NCBI GenBank assembly: GCA_003171235.1
Contig: PMYM01000101.1
Location: 1 to 39,004, forward strand
DNA: 39,004 nt
DNA from: Phycisphaerales bacterium
GTDB lineage: Bacteria > Planctomycetota > Phycisphaerae > SM23-33
Direction of reading: 5' to 3'
Part shown: positions 30,648 through 39,004 of the stretch, piece after piece
How positions within the stretch are numbered: position 1 is the stretch's first letter
Layout of the letters: every line of letters starts with the position of its first letter
Position numbers and translations under genes: made by a program
Notes under the pieces: generated by a model
Databases searched by the model: none
Seen by the model: the letters and a program-made list of their open reading frames with translations, nothing else
What the model was told of the DNA's origin: nothing

Positions 30648-32003
30648 TTGAAGCTGCTCTTGATTCAGCCGAGGTCGGAATGGTCGATCATGGGCCAGAC
30701 TTCTCACGGCAAGGCAGGCATGCCAAGATTGACCTTGCCGGCTTTGGCTGCGCTTACCCCGGCGGGCATTGACGTCCAGATCGTGGACTGCCGAGTCCAA
30801 CCCATCGACTATGACGCCCCGGTGGACCTCGTGGGCATCACGGCCATGACCTGCGAAGCCCCTGCCGCCTACCAGATTGCCGACACATTCCGGGCCAGGA
30901 ATGTGCCGGTGGTCATGGGCGGGTATCATGCATCTTTCCTGCCGGAAGAGGCCGGCCTTCATGCCGACGCGGTCGTCATCGGTGAAGCAGAGTTGGTCTG
31001 GCGTGACCTCATCGAGGGCTTCCGCAGCGGTCGCCCCCGGAGTTTGTATGCGGCGGATCGCCTGTGCGACCTGAATTCGGAGCTGCCTGTTCCGCGCCGC
31101 GCTCTGCTGGACCGGACGAAGTACTTCACGTTCAACACGATCCAGGCTACGCGCGGATGCTCGAAAGGTTGCAGCTACTGTTCGATCGACGCCTTCTTTG
31201 GCCCGAGCTTTCGGAAACGTTCGCCGGAGGCCGTAGTCAGCGAGATCCGGGGGATGCTCTCGCCGCCGAATGCTGGCAGGGGGCGGATGGATCGTCATAT
31301 CGTCTTCATCGATGATAATCTCACGTTGGACCGCAGTTACGCAAGGCAGCTCTTCAAGGCGATGATTCCCCTGAGCATCAAGTGGGTCTGTCAGGCCACG
31401 ACGGAGCTGGCGGAGGATGCCGAGTTGCTGGGATTGGCCGCCCGGAGCGGGTGCATGCTCGTGTCGGTCGGGTTCGAGTCCTTCAACCCTCCGAACGTGG
31501 CGCGGCTGAGGAAGAATTGGGCAGCGGCCGGCGTGACGGGAGGCCAAGCCGCGGCCCAGCCGCTGGAGGCCGTCTGCGAGGCGTTCCGACACGCCGTCGG
31601 GCGGTTCCACAAGCAAGGCGTCTGTGTGCTGGGCAATTTCATGTTGGGTTTTGATGACGACGACCCCGACGTGATCGCCAAGACCATTCGGGCCTCGCTT
31701 GCGATCAACGTGGACGCCGCGTATTTCCATATCGTGACGCCTATGCCAGGGACCAAGTTGCACGATGATCTGGCCCGAGAGAATCGGATCACTACGCGCG
31801 ATTGGGCGCAATACGACAGCGGGCACGTGGTTTTCACCCCCAAGCTCCTGTCGCCCGCCGCACTCCAGGATGCCTTCCGGCAAGCATACCGGGAGTACTA
31901 CTCGATCGGCCGCATTGCGAGCCGAGTGTTTCGCAGTCCCCGGCAAGTCATCACCCGACTGGCCATAAACTGGAGCACTCGCCGGAAGGCGAAACGGCTT
32001 TAG
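30648..32003 (+). CDS. B12-binding-domain radical SAM protein
   Basis: TTG start at 30648 with AGGAG 9 nt upstream, giving the family-typical N-terminus (M)KLLLIQP. The N-terminal Rossmann-like part (VGITAMT...VVMGGYHAS) is followed by RGCSKGCSYCS (CxxxCxxC). Confidence 0.8.
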   Translation: MKLLLIQPRSEWSIMGQTSHGKAGMPRLTLPALAALTPAGIDVQIVDCRVQPIDYDAPVDLVGITAMTCEAPAAYQIADTFRARNVPVVMGGYHASFLPEEAGLHADAVVIGEAELVWRDLIEGFRSGRPRSLYAADRLCDLNSELPVPRRALLDRTKYFTFNTIQATRGCSKGCSYCSIDAFFGPSFRKRSPEAVVSEIRGMLSPPNAGRGRMDRHIVFIDDNLTLDRSYARQLFKAMIPLSIKWVCQATTELAEDAELLGLAARSGCMLVSVGFESFNPPNVARLRKNWAAAGVTGGQAAAQPLEAVCEAFRHAVGRFHKQGVCVLGNFMLGFDDDDPDVIAKTIRASLAINVDAAYFHIVTPMPGTKLHDDLARENRITTRDWAQYDSGHVVFTPKLLSPAALQDAFRQAYREYYSIGRIASRVFRSPRQVITRLAINWSTRRKAKRL

Positions 32004-32015
32004 AGCGCCAACCGG

Positions 32016-32080
32016 CCAGAAGAACGCTTGCAGAATCATGCAAACAAAAGATAATCAGGAAGAGCGGCCCGCGACGGTCG
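32016..32080 (+). repeat. 65-bp inverted repeat, left copy (contains sigma70-like TTGCAG-16 nt-GATAAT)
   Basis: ccagaagaacgcTTGCAGaatcatgcaaacaaaaGATAATcaggaagagcggcccgcgacggtcg. 57 of 65 positions match the reverse complement of 33603..33667. Confidence 0.8.
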
Positions 32081-32099
32081 CACGCCGCAGGCCCTTCGC

Positions 32100-33512
32100 T
32101 CAACGCAGGCGGATGGATACGTATCGCAGCGTGTTGTCCGCATCGCCCAGCATGTCGATGGTCATGGATGGGGCTGACCCTCCCCGCGGGCCGGCGACGA
32201 AGAAGCTGCTCAGCGGCTTCTTCAAGGGCAGCTCGACCGGCTGGCCGAGCGATCCGTCCTGGTTGATCTCCACCAGGCGGTTCCGCCCGCCGGCGTAATA
32301 GACGACCAACAGCCTCTGGTCGGGCGTCACGTGGAAGCGGCCGCCCCGCGACACGTCGGGGCCCTTGGTCCCCTCGTCCCACTTCTGGATGGATTTTCGC
32401 ATCAGCACCTGGCCGTCGCGCAAGACGGCGTAGTTCAGAGATCGGCTCTGCTTGGCGTCGGGGAAGAACTCCTTCCGCAGAGCTTCGTCGATGGCCTGCT
32501 GGAACCACAGGATGTGCACCCGGCCATCCGGCCCAACCCACAAGTCGCAAGGGACGAGCGACCCGCCGGTCTTGTCCACGTTGGCCAGTTCGACCCAACT
32601 GTGGAACTTCCCGGCGACGATATCGTCGCTCCAGGTGTAGTACAACCGCCGGAAGGCGTAGTCCCATTCTTTGCCGGTAAGCTGCTTCTTGTAGTCCTTC
32701 CATGCCTTGTAGGGCTCCACGATGTCCGAGACGCCGCAGTAGTGCACAGCCCTGTCCTTGAGCTGCACCACCGGATAGCAGACCCGCAACGGTTGGGGCT
32801 TGTCGTACTCGGCGCCCATGGGAAAGTCGATTTCGCCTTGGGAGGCCCAGGCGCCGCTCTTGTCGTAGAAGGTCCAGTAGGTCTTGTCATATGCGATGCT
32901 GTAGAACAAGACGAACTCCTGCCGCCCAGCGTCGGCCACAAAGCTGCGGTAGGTGTGAGCGTGAAAGGCGAGGTCCTTGTTCCACTTGGGGGTCAGGGTC
33001 TTGTAAGCCGGCTGCGAGGCGGAGGCGTCGAACTGGAGCACCTGCGGCTGGGCCGGGCCATCAGACTGGTCCGGCTTGCAAGAATTGGGGTTGGTCGAGA
33101 GGAGAATCCGACCGTCGCCCAGGCATATCAGCGGGCACGGTTCGCGCTCGTGGGTGTCGCCGCCGTTGGCGAGTTCTTTCCAGCCGTCGGCGCCGCCCTG
33201 CAGGAGCATCCAGCGGACGTTGTTGAGGGGCTTGTAGTCCGGGAGCGTCCGGACGCCGCTGGCGAAAACACCCCGCTCCGTGCGGACGATGCATGTGTTT
33301 CCGTAACACCACATGGGCGTGGACCCGTTTTCGGCGAACTTGTAGGTGTAGACTTCCTGCTCCAGTTCGACAATCGGGCTGAAGGGCTTGGCCGAGGTGG
33401 ACGCCGGACTGCCAGCCGGAGTGGACGAGGGGCCTGCCGTCACCGACGTTGACGAGCCAACGGCCCACAGGAACAATCCTGCCACGGCCAGGAAAATCGC
33501 GAGCTTGTTCAT
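32100..33512 (-). CDS. Secreted protein of unknown function (possibly beta-propeller-like)
   Basis: ATG at 33512 (alternative 33527, MKGNQMNK...). Signal peptide MNKLAIFLAVAGLFLWAVGSSTSVTA followed by an S/T/P-rich linker. High GC3 throughout. I recognise no family motif with confidence. Confidence 0.7.
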   Translation of the reverse strand: MNKLAIFLAVAGLFLWAVGSSTSVTAGPSSTPAGSPASTSAKPFSPIVELEQEVYTYKFAENGSTPMWCYGNTCIVRTERGVFASGVRTLPDYKPLNNVRWMLLQGGADGWKELANGGDTHEREPCPLICLGDGRILLSTNPNSCKPDQSDGPAQPQVLQFDASASQPAYKTLTPKWNKDLAFHAHTYRSFVADAGRQEFVLFYSIAYDKTYWTFYDKSGAWASQGEIDFPMGAEYDKPQPLRVCYPVVQLKDRAVHYCGVSDIVEPYKAWKDYKKQLTGKEWDYAFRRLYYTWSDDIVAGKFHSWVELANVDKTGGSLVPCDLWVGPDGRVHILWFQQAIDEALRKEFFPDAKQSRSLNYAVLRDGQVLMRKSIQKWDEGTKGPDVSRGGRFHVTPDQRLLVVYYAGGRNRLVEINQDGSLGQPVELPLKKPLSSFFVAGPRGGSAPSMTIDMLGDADNTLRYVSIRLR

Positions 33513-33602
33513 TTGGTTCCCTTTCATCACAGTTTTCACAATTCCCTCAGCCCGCGGCTTATTGCCTGACATCCACCGGGATTTCCCATATTGCCCTTGG
33601 CC

Positions 33603-33667
33603 CGACCGTCGCAAGCCGCTATTCCTGATTATTCCTTGCTTGCATGATTCTGCAAGCTTTCTTCTGG
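33603..33667 (-). repeat. 65-bp inverted repeat, right copy (TTGCAG-16 nt-AATAAT reading toward the 32100..33512 gene)
   Basis: Reverse complement: ccagaagaaagcTTGCAGaatcatgcaagcaaggAATAATcaggaatagcggcttgcgacggtcg. Lies about 95-150 nt upstream of the gene start, a plausible promoter position. Confidence 0.8.
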
Positions 33668-33670
33668 TAG

Positions 33671-33689
33671 CACAGGCGTCCCGCCTGTG
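33671..33689. repeat. Palindromic hairpin CACAGGCG-tcc-CGCCTGTG
   Basis: Perfect 8-bp stem between the esterase gene stop and the right inverted-repeat copy. Confidence 0.6.
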
Positions 33690-33714
33690 GTCCAACTTGA
33701 TCGCTTTCACCCGA

Positions 33715-33733
33715 CACAGCCGAGACGGCTGTG
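33715..33733. repeat. GAGA-loop palindromic hairpin (REP-like family 1, covarying variant)
   Basis: CACAGCCGAGACGGCTGTG differs from CACGGCCGAGACGGCCGTG by G>A in the left arm and the pairing C>T in the right arm. Lies 27 nt past the stop at 33760. Confidence 0.7.
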
Positions 33734-33759
33734 CTACCTGGCTGTCGCTGGGGCTGACT

Positions 33760-35313
33760 TTACTGCCGTCGGCGGCGCAGCCGGAACACGCCTATTGCCA
33801 GCAACGCAAACAGCAGGCCGGCGGCCGGCAGAATGATGTGGTAAGGAACCGTGGCCTCGCTCCGCGTCCCGCCCCCGGCCTGCCTGCGCAGGCAGGCGGG
33901 TGTTTCCGGCTGCTTGGGCAGATCGGCGGTGACGAGTTGTACGCCGCCCCAGTAGGCCGCCGCCGGCGACTTGTCGGCCGCCTCGTTGAGCAGTTCCACG
34001 CGAACGTCCTGCCCGGCATAGGGCGTAAGGTCGGCGATGACTGCCTGCCAGAGGTCCTGACTGGCCTGGCCAGGGCGGCTGACTTGGCTGGCGGCCTGGG
34101 TGGTGGTGCTCTCAAAACCGATGGTCTGCTGCAAGAGATTCTCGCCGTTGCCCCGGACGGTCAGCCGCCACCGCCCATTGGCCGGCCGGCCGACGGTCAG
34201 TTCCAGCGTGGTCTTCTTGTCTTTGGCGATGGAGAAGGTCGTCAGTAGTCGGCAGGGCGTGATCGCGTCCAGCGGGGCGGTGACAAAGACGTTCTTCCTG
34301 CCGAGCAGTTCATCCTTCAGCCCCGGCCCGCCTTCGGGGCCGCAATTGAGCAGGCGCCAATAGGGCTGGAACTTCTTGAACGGCTCGGCCAGCTTGGCGT
34401 CCATCGAGTTGGGCGGCGTATAGGCGATGGCCAGCAACTGCTCCTTGATGGGCCGGCTGGGCGGCGCGGGCTGCCCCCGGCGGTGCAGCATGAGGAACTC
34501 GTAGAACAGCTTGCTGGAGTAGAAATTGCCCCAGACGAAGTGGTCGCCGTTGGGAATCTCGGTGAGGATCACGTCGATGTTGTGCTCGCCCAGCAGCTTG
34601 GCCATCTTCCGCGAGCCGGCGGTGCAGTCCCCGTCGTTGGCGCCGCAGATCACCCATACGGTGACGCCGGAGACGGCCTTGACCATTTTGTCCGGCTGCA
34701 CTTCGACGCTGGAGATGGGGGCGATGCCGGCGAACACGCCCGGCCCGGCCAGGGCCACGTTCCAGGTGCCCGCCCCGCCCATGCTCAGCCCGGTGACGTA
34801 CACGCGATCGGCGTCTACCTGCCAGGTCCGCTTGGCGTGCTCGACCAGGCTGACCACGGCCTGGGGCAGGCCGGGGGCGTCCCATCGCAAACCCGGTGGT
34901 GACTGCGGGGCCAGCACTATGAACTCGGCCCAGTCGGCCAGGTCCTTGTTCCGCTTCAATTCGGCCGCCGGCCCGTGGACGTACAGGCCATCGTGATTGT
35001 CGCCGGCTTCGCCCGCCCCGTTGAGGAACACGACCATCGGGTAAGTCCGCCCGAGTTGGTAGCTCTTGGGCAGGTAAATGGCATAGGCCAGCCGGACGTT
35101 TCTGTTCTCCAGTCGGGTCTGGAAAAACAGGCGGTGATGGCCTGGTGCTTGCGGCTGGGCCGGCGCCGAGGCCGTGGCACTGGCGCCGGTTGTTCTCGTG
35201 GCAGTCTCGGCCGTCGCGGCCCCGGCGGCCGTGAGAACCGCCGCACACACTGCACACGCAGCGACGAGTGATCTTGTGACTGCTCTTGGCAAGTTCATTT
35301 CATTACGGTTCAC
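33760..35313 (-). CDS. Secreted alpha/beta-hydrolase (esterase/depolymerase-like) with extra C-terminal domain and TM + Arg-rich tail
   Basis: GTG at 35313 (or ATG at 35298), 10 nt after the upstream stop. YPMVVFLNGAGE, GLSMGG (GxSxG nucleophile elbow) and a later NGDH. C-terminus ...VPYHIILPAAGLLFALLAIGVFRLRRRRQ. Confidence 0.75.
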   Translation of the reverse strand: MNRNEMNLPRAVTRSLVAACAVCAAVLTAAGAATAETATRTTGASATASAPAQPQAPGHHRLFFQTRLENRNVRLAYAIYLPKSYQLGRTYPMVVFLNGAGEAGDNHDGLYVHGPAAELKRNKDLADWAEFIVLAPQSPPGLRWDAPGLPQAVVSLVEHAKRTWQVDADRVYVTGLSMGGAGTWNVALAGPGVFAGIAPISSVEVQPDKMVKAVSGVTVWVICGANDGDCTAGSRKMAKLLGEHNIDVILTEIPNGDHFVWGNFYSSKLFYEFLMLHRRGQPAPPSRPIKEQLLAIAYTPPNSMDAKLAEPFKKFQPYWRLLNCGPEGGPGLKDELLGRKNVFVTAPLDAITPCRLLTTFSIAKDKKTTLELTVGRPANGRWRLTVRGNGENLLQQTIGFESTTTQAASQVSRPGQASQDLWQAVIADLTPYAGQDVRVELLNEAADKSPAAAYWGGVQLVTADLPKQPETPACLRRQAGGGTRSEATVPYHIILPAAGLLFALLAIGVFRLRRRRQ

Positions 35314-35323
35314 AGGAGCACCC

Positions 35324-36475
35324 TCAGCCGACGATCTGGCGCAGGCCGGGAATGCGCCGAATAACGTAAGTCAGGGCTGTGCTGGCCAGGCCGATCAACA
35401 ATACCGTCGCCGGCAGGCCGATCCAGACGTTCGGCCGGTCGAAAACGCACTCTCGCAGAAGCGGAATATTGTAGTTGCTGTAGACATATATCCAGAGCGG
35501 CTCGCGGAACAGCGGGTGCACCAGGTAAATGCCCAGCGTCAGCGGGGCCAGCCACTTGAAAAGCCGCTGCATGCGGCTGGCCGGGGACATCCGCCCGAAC
35601 ACGTAAGCCAGGATGAACCAGGCGAAGATCGACATGCCCACCCGCAGCGGGCTGAGGAAGTCGTACAGCATCATGTCCAGAGAAGGATACGGCTGGGGCT
35701 TCACCTGCGACGATGGAATCAGCCAGCCCGTGCCTAAAGCCATTCCTGCCACGCAAAGAACAAATCCCGCGCAGCTCCAGGCCACTAGCTTCCTGGTCAC
35801 CGTGACCTCGCGCAGAACGTTGCCGGCCAGGTAGAACCCCAGGAACGGCCAGAGGATGACGAAGGCGCTGGGCTTGGTTCCCAGCCAGCAGGTGGCGATG
35901 GAGTTGGCCACGGCCAGGCCGAGGATGCCGATCACCATCTGCGCCCGCAGTCGCAGGCTGGCGTGGCGCACATAGACCCGCAGCATGGGCGTGATCAGGT
36001 ACAGCCCGCCCAAACGGATGACAAAGTGCAGGTGGACATAGGGTGCACCGGCCAAGAGGTCCTTCCAGATGCTGCCGGGCGTGTCCCAGCCGGTCGAGGC
36101 CCACTTGGTGTAGTAAACGGCGAAAAGCATGAAAAACGCCGACCAGAAGACCACGGCCACGCCCAGCCGGGACAGCCTGCGCCGGTAGAACTGCATGGGC
36201 GTCTGCTCGCGCGATGGGTCCAGGAGCAGCGCCCCGCTAAGCATGATGAAGATGGGCACGGCCCATCGGCCGGCAGCGTCGATGAAGTTGGCGATCCACC
36301 AATTCGGCCGGCCGACCGGGCCGGTGAACAGGAGCATGTCGCAGGTATGCACTACCAGCACTGCGGCCACGCCCAGCACGCGCATGGCGTCGCCGTAAGC
36401 CAGCCACCGGTCGGCCCTCGCTCGCGGCCCGCTGATCGCCGCGGCCGATGTGATTACCGATGGCTCGTTAGACAA
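35324..36475 (-). CDS. Acyltransferase family 3 (membrane O-acyltransferase)
   Basis: TTG start at 36475 with GAGGAGG 5 nt upstream. About 10 TM helices. The N-terminal RWLAYGDAMRVLGVAAVLVVHT is typical of acyltransferase_3 proteins. Confidence 0.75.
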   Translation of the reverse strand: MSNEPSVITSAAAISGPRARADRWLAYGDAMRVLGVAAVLVVHTCDMLLFTGPVGRPNWWIANFIDAAGRWAVPIFIMLSGALLLDPSREQTPMQFYRRRLSRLGVAVVFWSAFFMLFAVYYTKWASTGWDTPGSIWKDLLAGAPYVHLHFVIRLGGLYLITPMLRVYVRHASLRLRAQMVIGILGLAVANSIATCWLGTKPSAFVILWPFLGFYLAGNVLREVTVTRKLVAWSCAGFVLCVAGMALGTGWLIPSSQVKPQPYPSLDMMLYDFLSPLRVGMSIFAWFILAYVFGRMSPASRMQRLFKWLAPLTLGIYLVHPLFREPLWIYVYSNYNIPLLRECVFDRPNVWIGLPATVLLIGLASTALTYVIRRIPGLRQIVG

Positions 36476-36556
36476 GCTTCCTCCTCTTTGGCACTGGTTT
36501 GCAACCGGTGAATACGGCCCGCACGCACCGTGCTGCCCACGGAAACGGCTTTTCTC

Positions 36557-37648
36557 TCACCCGGCCGGTTTGGCGGTCGGACGCGTTGCAGGCTCGCTGC
36601 CCGGGGCCGGCCGCTTCTCGAACGTGCCGCGTATGCCGAGGGCATTATCGAGGGCCTTTCCGAACAGCATAGCCCTGGCCGAGGCGTCGTCTCGCAGGTA
36701 AGCCTCCCAAAAGGCTGTCGAACTGACCAGGATCAGCCGCTGGACCTCCCGATCGTGCTCGGCGGCCAGAAGCCGCACCTGGCCGGCGAAGGTCATGTGG
36801 TCGGCGCCGTCGAAAACCAGCAAGTAGTTGTCGGCCGCCGACATATGCTCGAATGGCCGACGGCGATCCTCGGGCTTGCTCATGCTGATGAGGCTGTAGT
36901 CTTGCGTGCCGGTCATGTGCAGGCAGGGAATCTTAATCGGGCCGTAAGTCTTGTCCAGTGCGGCCGAGTCGCCCTTGGCCAAGGGTGTGCTCATGGCGAT
37001 GGCGGCCTTGAGGCGCGAATCGCCCAGGCTGACCTGCCTGCCCAGCGGCCCGGTAAAGACCTGTCCGGCCGAGGCCAGGGCGGTGTATGCCCCGAAGGAA
37101 TGTCCGGCCACGCCGATCCTGTCCAGGTCAAGCCGCCCCTTGAGGCGCTGGTCGCTTTTGTTGAGCAGGGTCAGTTGGTCGATAGCGAAGCTGACATCCT
37201 TGGGACGGTTGATGGCGTTCTGCGGGTCGGCGACCATTTTGCGCAACTGTTCCAGGCGGTCGGGGCCGGCACGGAGGGCGTCGGCGTCGCTGCCCCGGTG
37301 GGTGATGTGCACCGAGACATAGCCGTGGCTGGCCCAGTGCCGGCCGAGGTAGCCGTAGCCCTCGCACGAGCTGCCCGCCCCATGTGAGAAGACGATCACC
37401 GGGAAGGGCCCCTGGCCGGTCTTTGGAAAGAAGACCCTGGCCGGCACGTCGCGGTCGCGGGCTTGGTCGCGCCAGTCGAAACTGACGCTATCGACGATAA
37501 ACGCCCCCGGCTGGCCGTATGCCCCTATGCCGCCCGGTTTGGTAGCAGGCTGACTGGCCGCGGCCGGCCCGACCGGCGACGCGGCAGCGGCACAGCCGGC
37601 ACACCCGGCAAGGCACGCCAGCACCGTCCTGATCATTCCGCTTCTCAT
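36557..37648 (-). CDS. Alpha/beta-hydrolase, PAF-acetylhydrolase/lipase-like lipoprotein
   Basis: Start uncertain (ATG at 37666, 37648 or 37636). MRSGMIRTVLACLAGCAGC looks like a lipoprotein signal. PVIVFSHGAGSS and VAGHSFGAYTAL (GxSxG). Confidence 0.7.
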   Translation of the reverse strand: MRSGMIRTVLACLAGCAGCAAAASPVGPAAASQPATKPGGIGAYGQPGAFIVDSVSFDWRDQARDRDVPARVFFPKTGQGPFPVIVFSHGAGSSCEGYGYLGRHWASHGYVSVHITHRGSDADALRAGPDRLEQLRKMVADPQNAINRPKDVSFAIDQLTLLNKSDQRLKGRLDLDRIGVAGHSFGAYTALASAGQVFTGPLGRQVSLGDSRLKAAIAMSTPLAKGDSAALDKTYGPIKIPCLHMTGTQDYSLISMSKPEDRRRPFEHMSAADNYLLVFDGADHMTFAGQVRLLAAEHDREVQRLILVSSTAFWEAYLRDDASARAMLFGKALDNALGIRGTFEKRPAPGSEPATRPTAKPAG

Positions 37649-37971
37649 AACGGCCGAATTGTACATTCGGACCGGGCTCTTGGCCAATGCCTGGAATGTA
37701 TGCCTTCCGTTAGCGGCTCAACAGACCGAACATGGCATCGGAGCCCGCGGCGCAAATTGGATGGGAGTAGACGCTCGATGCCCGGCCATGCGACCGGCTG
37801 CGCCGGCCGCAAGTTTTCTCTCCCGCCGTTGGCCCGCAAGCCGGGCGTATCTTAGGCTGCTCTTGAGAGCGGCGACAGCCCGACGGCTGAAGCCCTGGAT
37901 GTGCCCTCACTGACGCGGCCTGGCTCTAGGCCGCGCAGGCTTAGCCACGTGAGGCTAGGAGGAGGACATTA

Positions 37972-38661
37972 ATGGCGCGTTGCACTGTCGTGGCGCTGGG
38001 AGTGCTGTTGGCAGCCAACCTGGCGGCCGGAAGCATCATTAGTTATCAAGGTTCGCTCAGCGGAAGCGGCCTGGGCGGCAGCGGGACCTGGATAGCCGAA
38101 AATCCCCAGTTCAGTTGGACCGTCACCGAGGAAGACAGCGGCCTGTGGCATTACCAGTACACCTTGAGCGTCAGCCACGGCGACATCAGCCACCTGATCC
38201 TGGAGACGCCCGGCGATTTCACCTCGCCTGACGTTATGAACCTCTCCGGGCCGGTAAGCAGTTGGGAACTGGGCACCTATTCCGCCACATCCAACGGCAA
38301 CAGCAACCCCGGCATGCCGGCGCCCATTCATGGCGTCAAGTTCAACATCTCCTCCGGCACCAGCGTCACCCTGGCGTTCGATTCGCCGTGGATGCCGACC
38401 TGGGGCGACTTCTATTCCAAGGGCGGCCAGACCGGCGGTGCGTGGAATGCCCTGTGGAACGCCGGCGTTACTACGCCCGACCCCGTCGGCAACCGCGACC
38501 TGCCCGGCTACGTGCCCGCCAGCGACGGTTCCTACATGTTCAAGATCCTGGTGCCGGGCACCCTCGCCGAGGGCGTGCTGCCCGGGCCGGCCACCGTATC
38601 CCTGATGATCATAGGCATGGCGGCCATGGCGTTTCGCCGGGTCCGCCGCTGGCCATCATAG
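37972..38661 (+). CDS. Secreted protein with PEP-CTERM-like tail (PGP variant)
   Basis: ATG preceded by ctAGGAGGAGGacatta. Signal peptide MARCTVVALGVLLAANLAAG. C-terminus VLPGPATVSLMIIGMAAMAFRRVRR has the PEP-CTERM layout with Glu replaced by Gly. Confidence 0.75.
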   Translation: MARCTVVALGVLLAANLAAGSIISYQGSLSGSGLGGSGTWIAENPQFSWTVTEEDSGLWHYQYTLSVSHGDISHLILETPGDFTSPDVMNLSGPVSSWELGTYSATSNGNSNPGMPAPIHGVKFNISSGTSVTLAFDSPWMPTWGDFYSKGGQTGGAWNALWNAGVTTPDPVGNRDLPGYVPASDGSYMFKILVPGTLAEGVLPGPATVSLMIIGMAAMAFRRVRRWPS

Positions 38662-39004
38662 CTCTTGGCAGATCGGAATCAGGCGCCGCCCGGCTATGCC
38701 GCCTGGCATGGCGGAGCGGCGAGAGATCGCAGGAACCGCAAAGCCTGGTCCTGGCCCCAGGGGCTGCCTGGGCCGCGAAAACGACCCGGCTTTTCCATAT
38801 TCGCCCCGGCACATTTGCCATCCGGGGGAACTCGGAATTATCTGCTGTTTTCCTGCTCCGCTCGAACGCAAAACCTGCCCCCTAAGGCATGTCTATTACA
38901 GAAGATATAGGCCGTAAGACTAGGGATACCCTTTAATGGCCGTATTTTCAGGCCCGTATCATGCTGAGAAAAGGCATTTTGTAACTGTCGTGCCACAGCG
39001 ATTA

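Noticed and set aside
1-39004. CRISPR arrays, rRNA genes, intact IS elements, prophage or defence-system gene sets.
   Set aside because: There are no regularly spaced direct repeats and no rRNA-like conserved stretches. The only mobile-element traces are a roughly 40-codon transposase fragment and a truncated integrase. I recognised no nuclease, helicase, methylase or toxin-antitoxin signatures in any supported ORF.

Overview
High-GC bacterial chromosomal segment. Hand counts give about 70% G+C in typical coding lines and about 50% in one atypical gene. The gene content looks planctomycetal: a DUF1549/DUF1553 + DUF1501 pair, PEP-CTERM-type tails, an LExxEERLLLS N-terminal motif on a giant adhesin, TadG-like proteins, and many secreted hydrolases. 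I support about 22 protein-coding genes, one tRNA-Arg(UCU), a truncated integrase next to the tRNA, a short transposase remnant, two families of short palindromic (REP-like) hairpin repeats, and a 65-bp inverted-repeat pair bracketing a single gene. No CRISPR array or rRNA was seen. The main candidate for a new system is the locus at about 19.3-27.1 kb. It holds an FkbO/Hyg5/XanB2-like chorismatase and an 1800-aa membrane-embedded single-module NRPS. The NRPS reads as truncated C lobe, then A, then PCP, then three tandem [TM pair + hexapeptide-repeat] units as in epsilon-poly-lysine synthetase (Pls/PosA family), and unusually ends in a fused Sfp-type phosphopantetheinyl transferase. An FGE/SUMF1-like lipoprotein gene starts 3 nt after its stop. 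The hand-derived A-domain specificity code (DAESIGTVIK) looks lysine-like, which suggests a cationic homo-poly(amino acid) product. All functional calls come from motif recognition by eye. No database searches were run.
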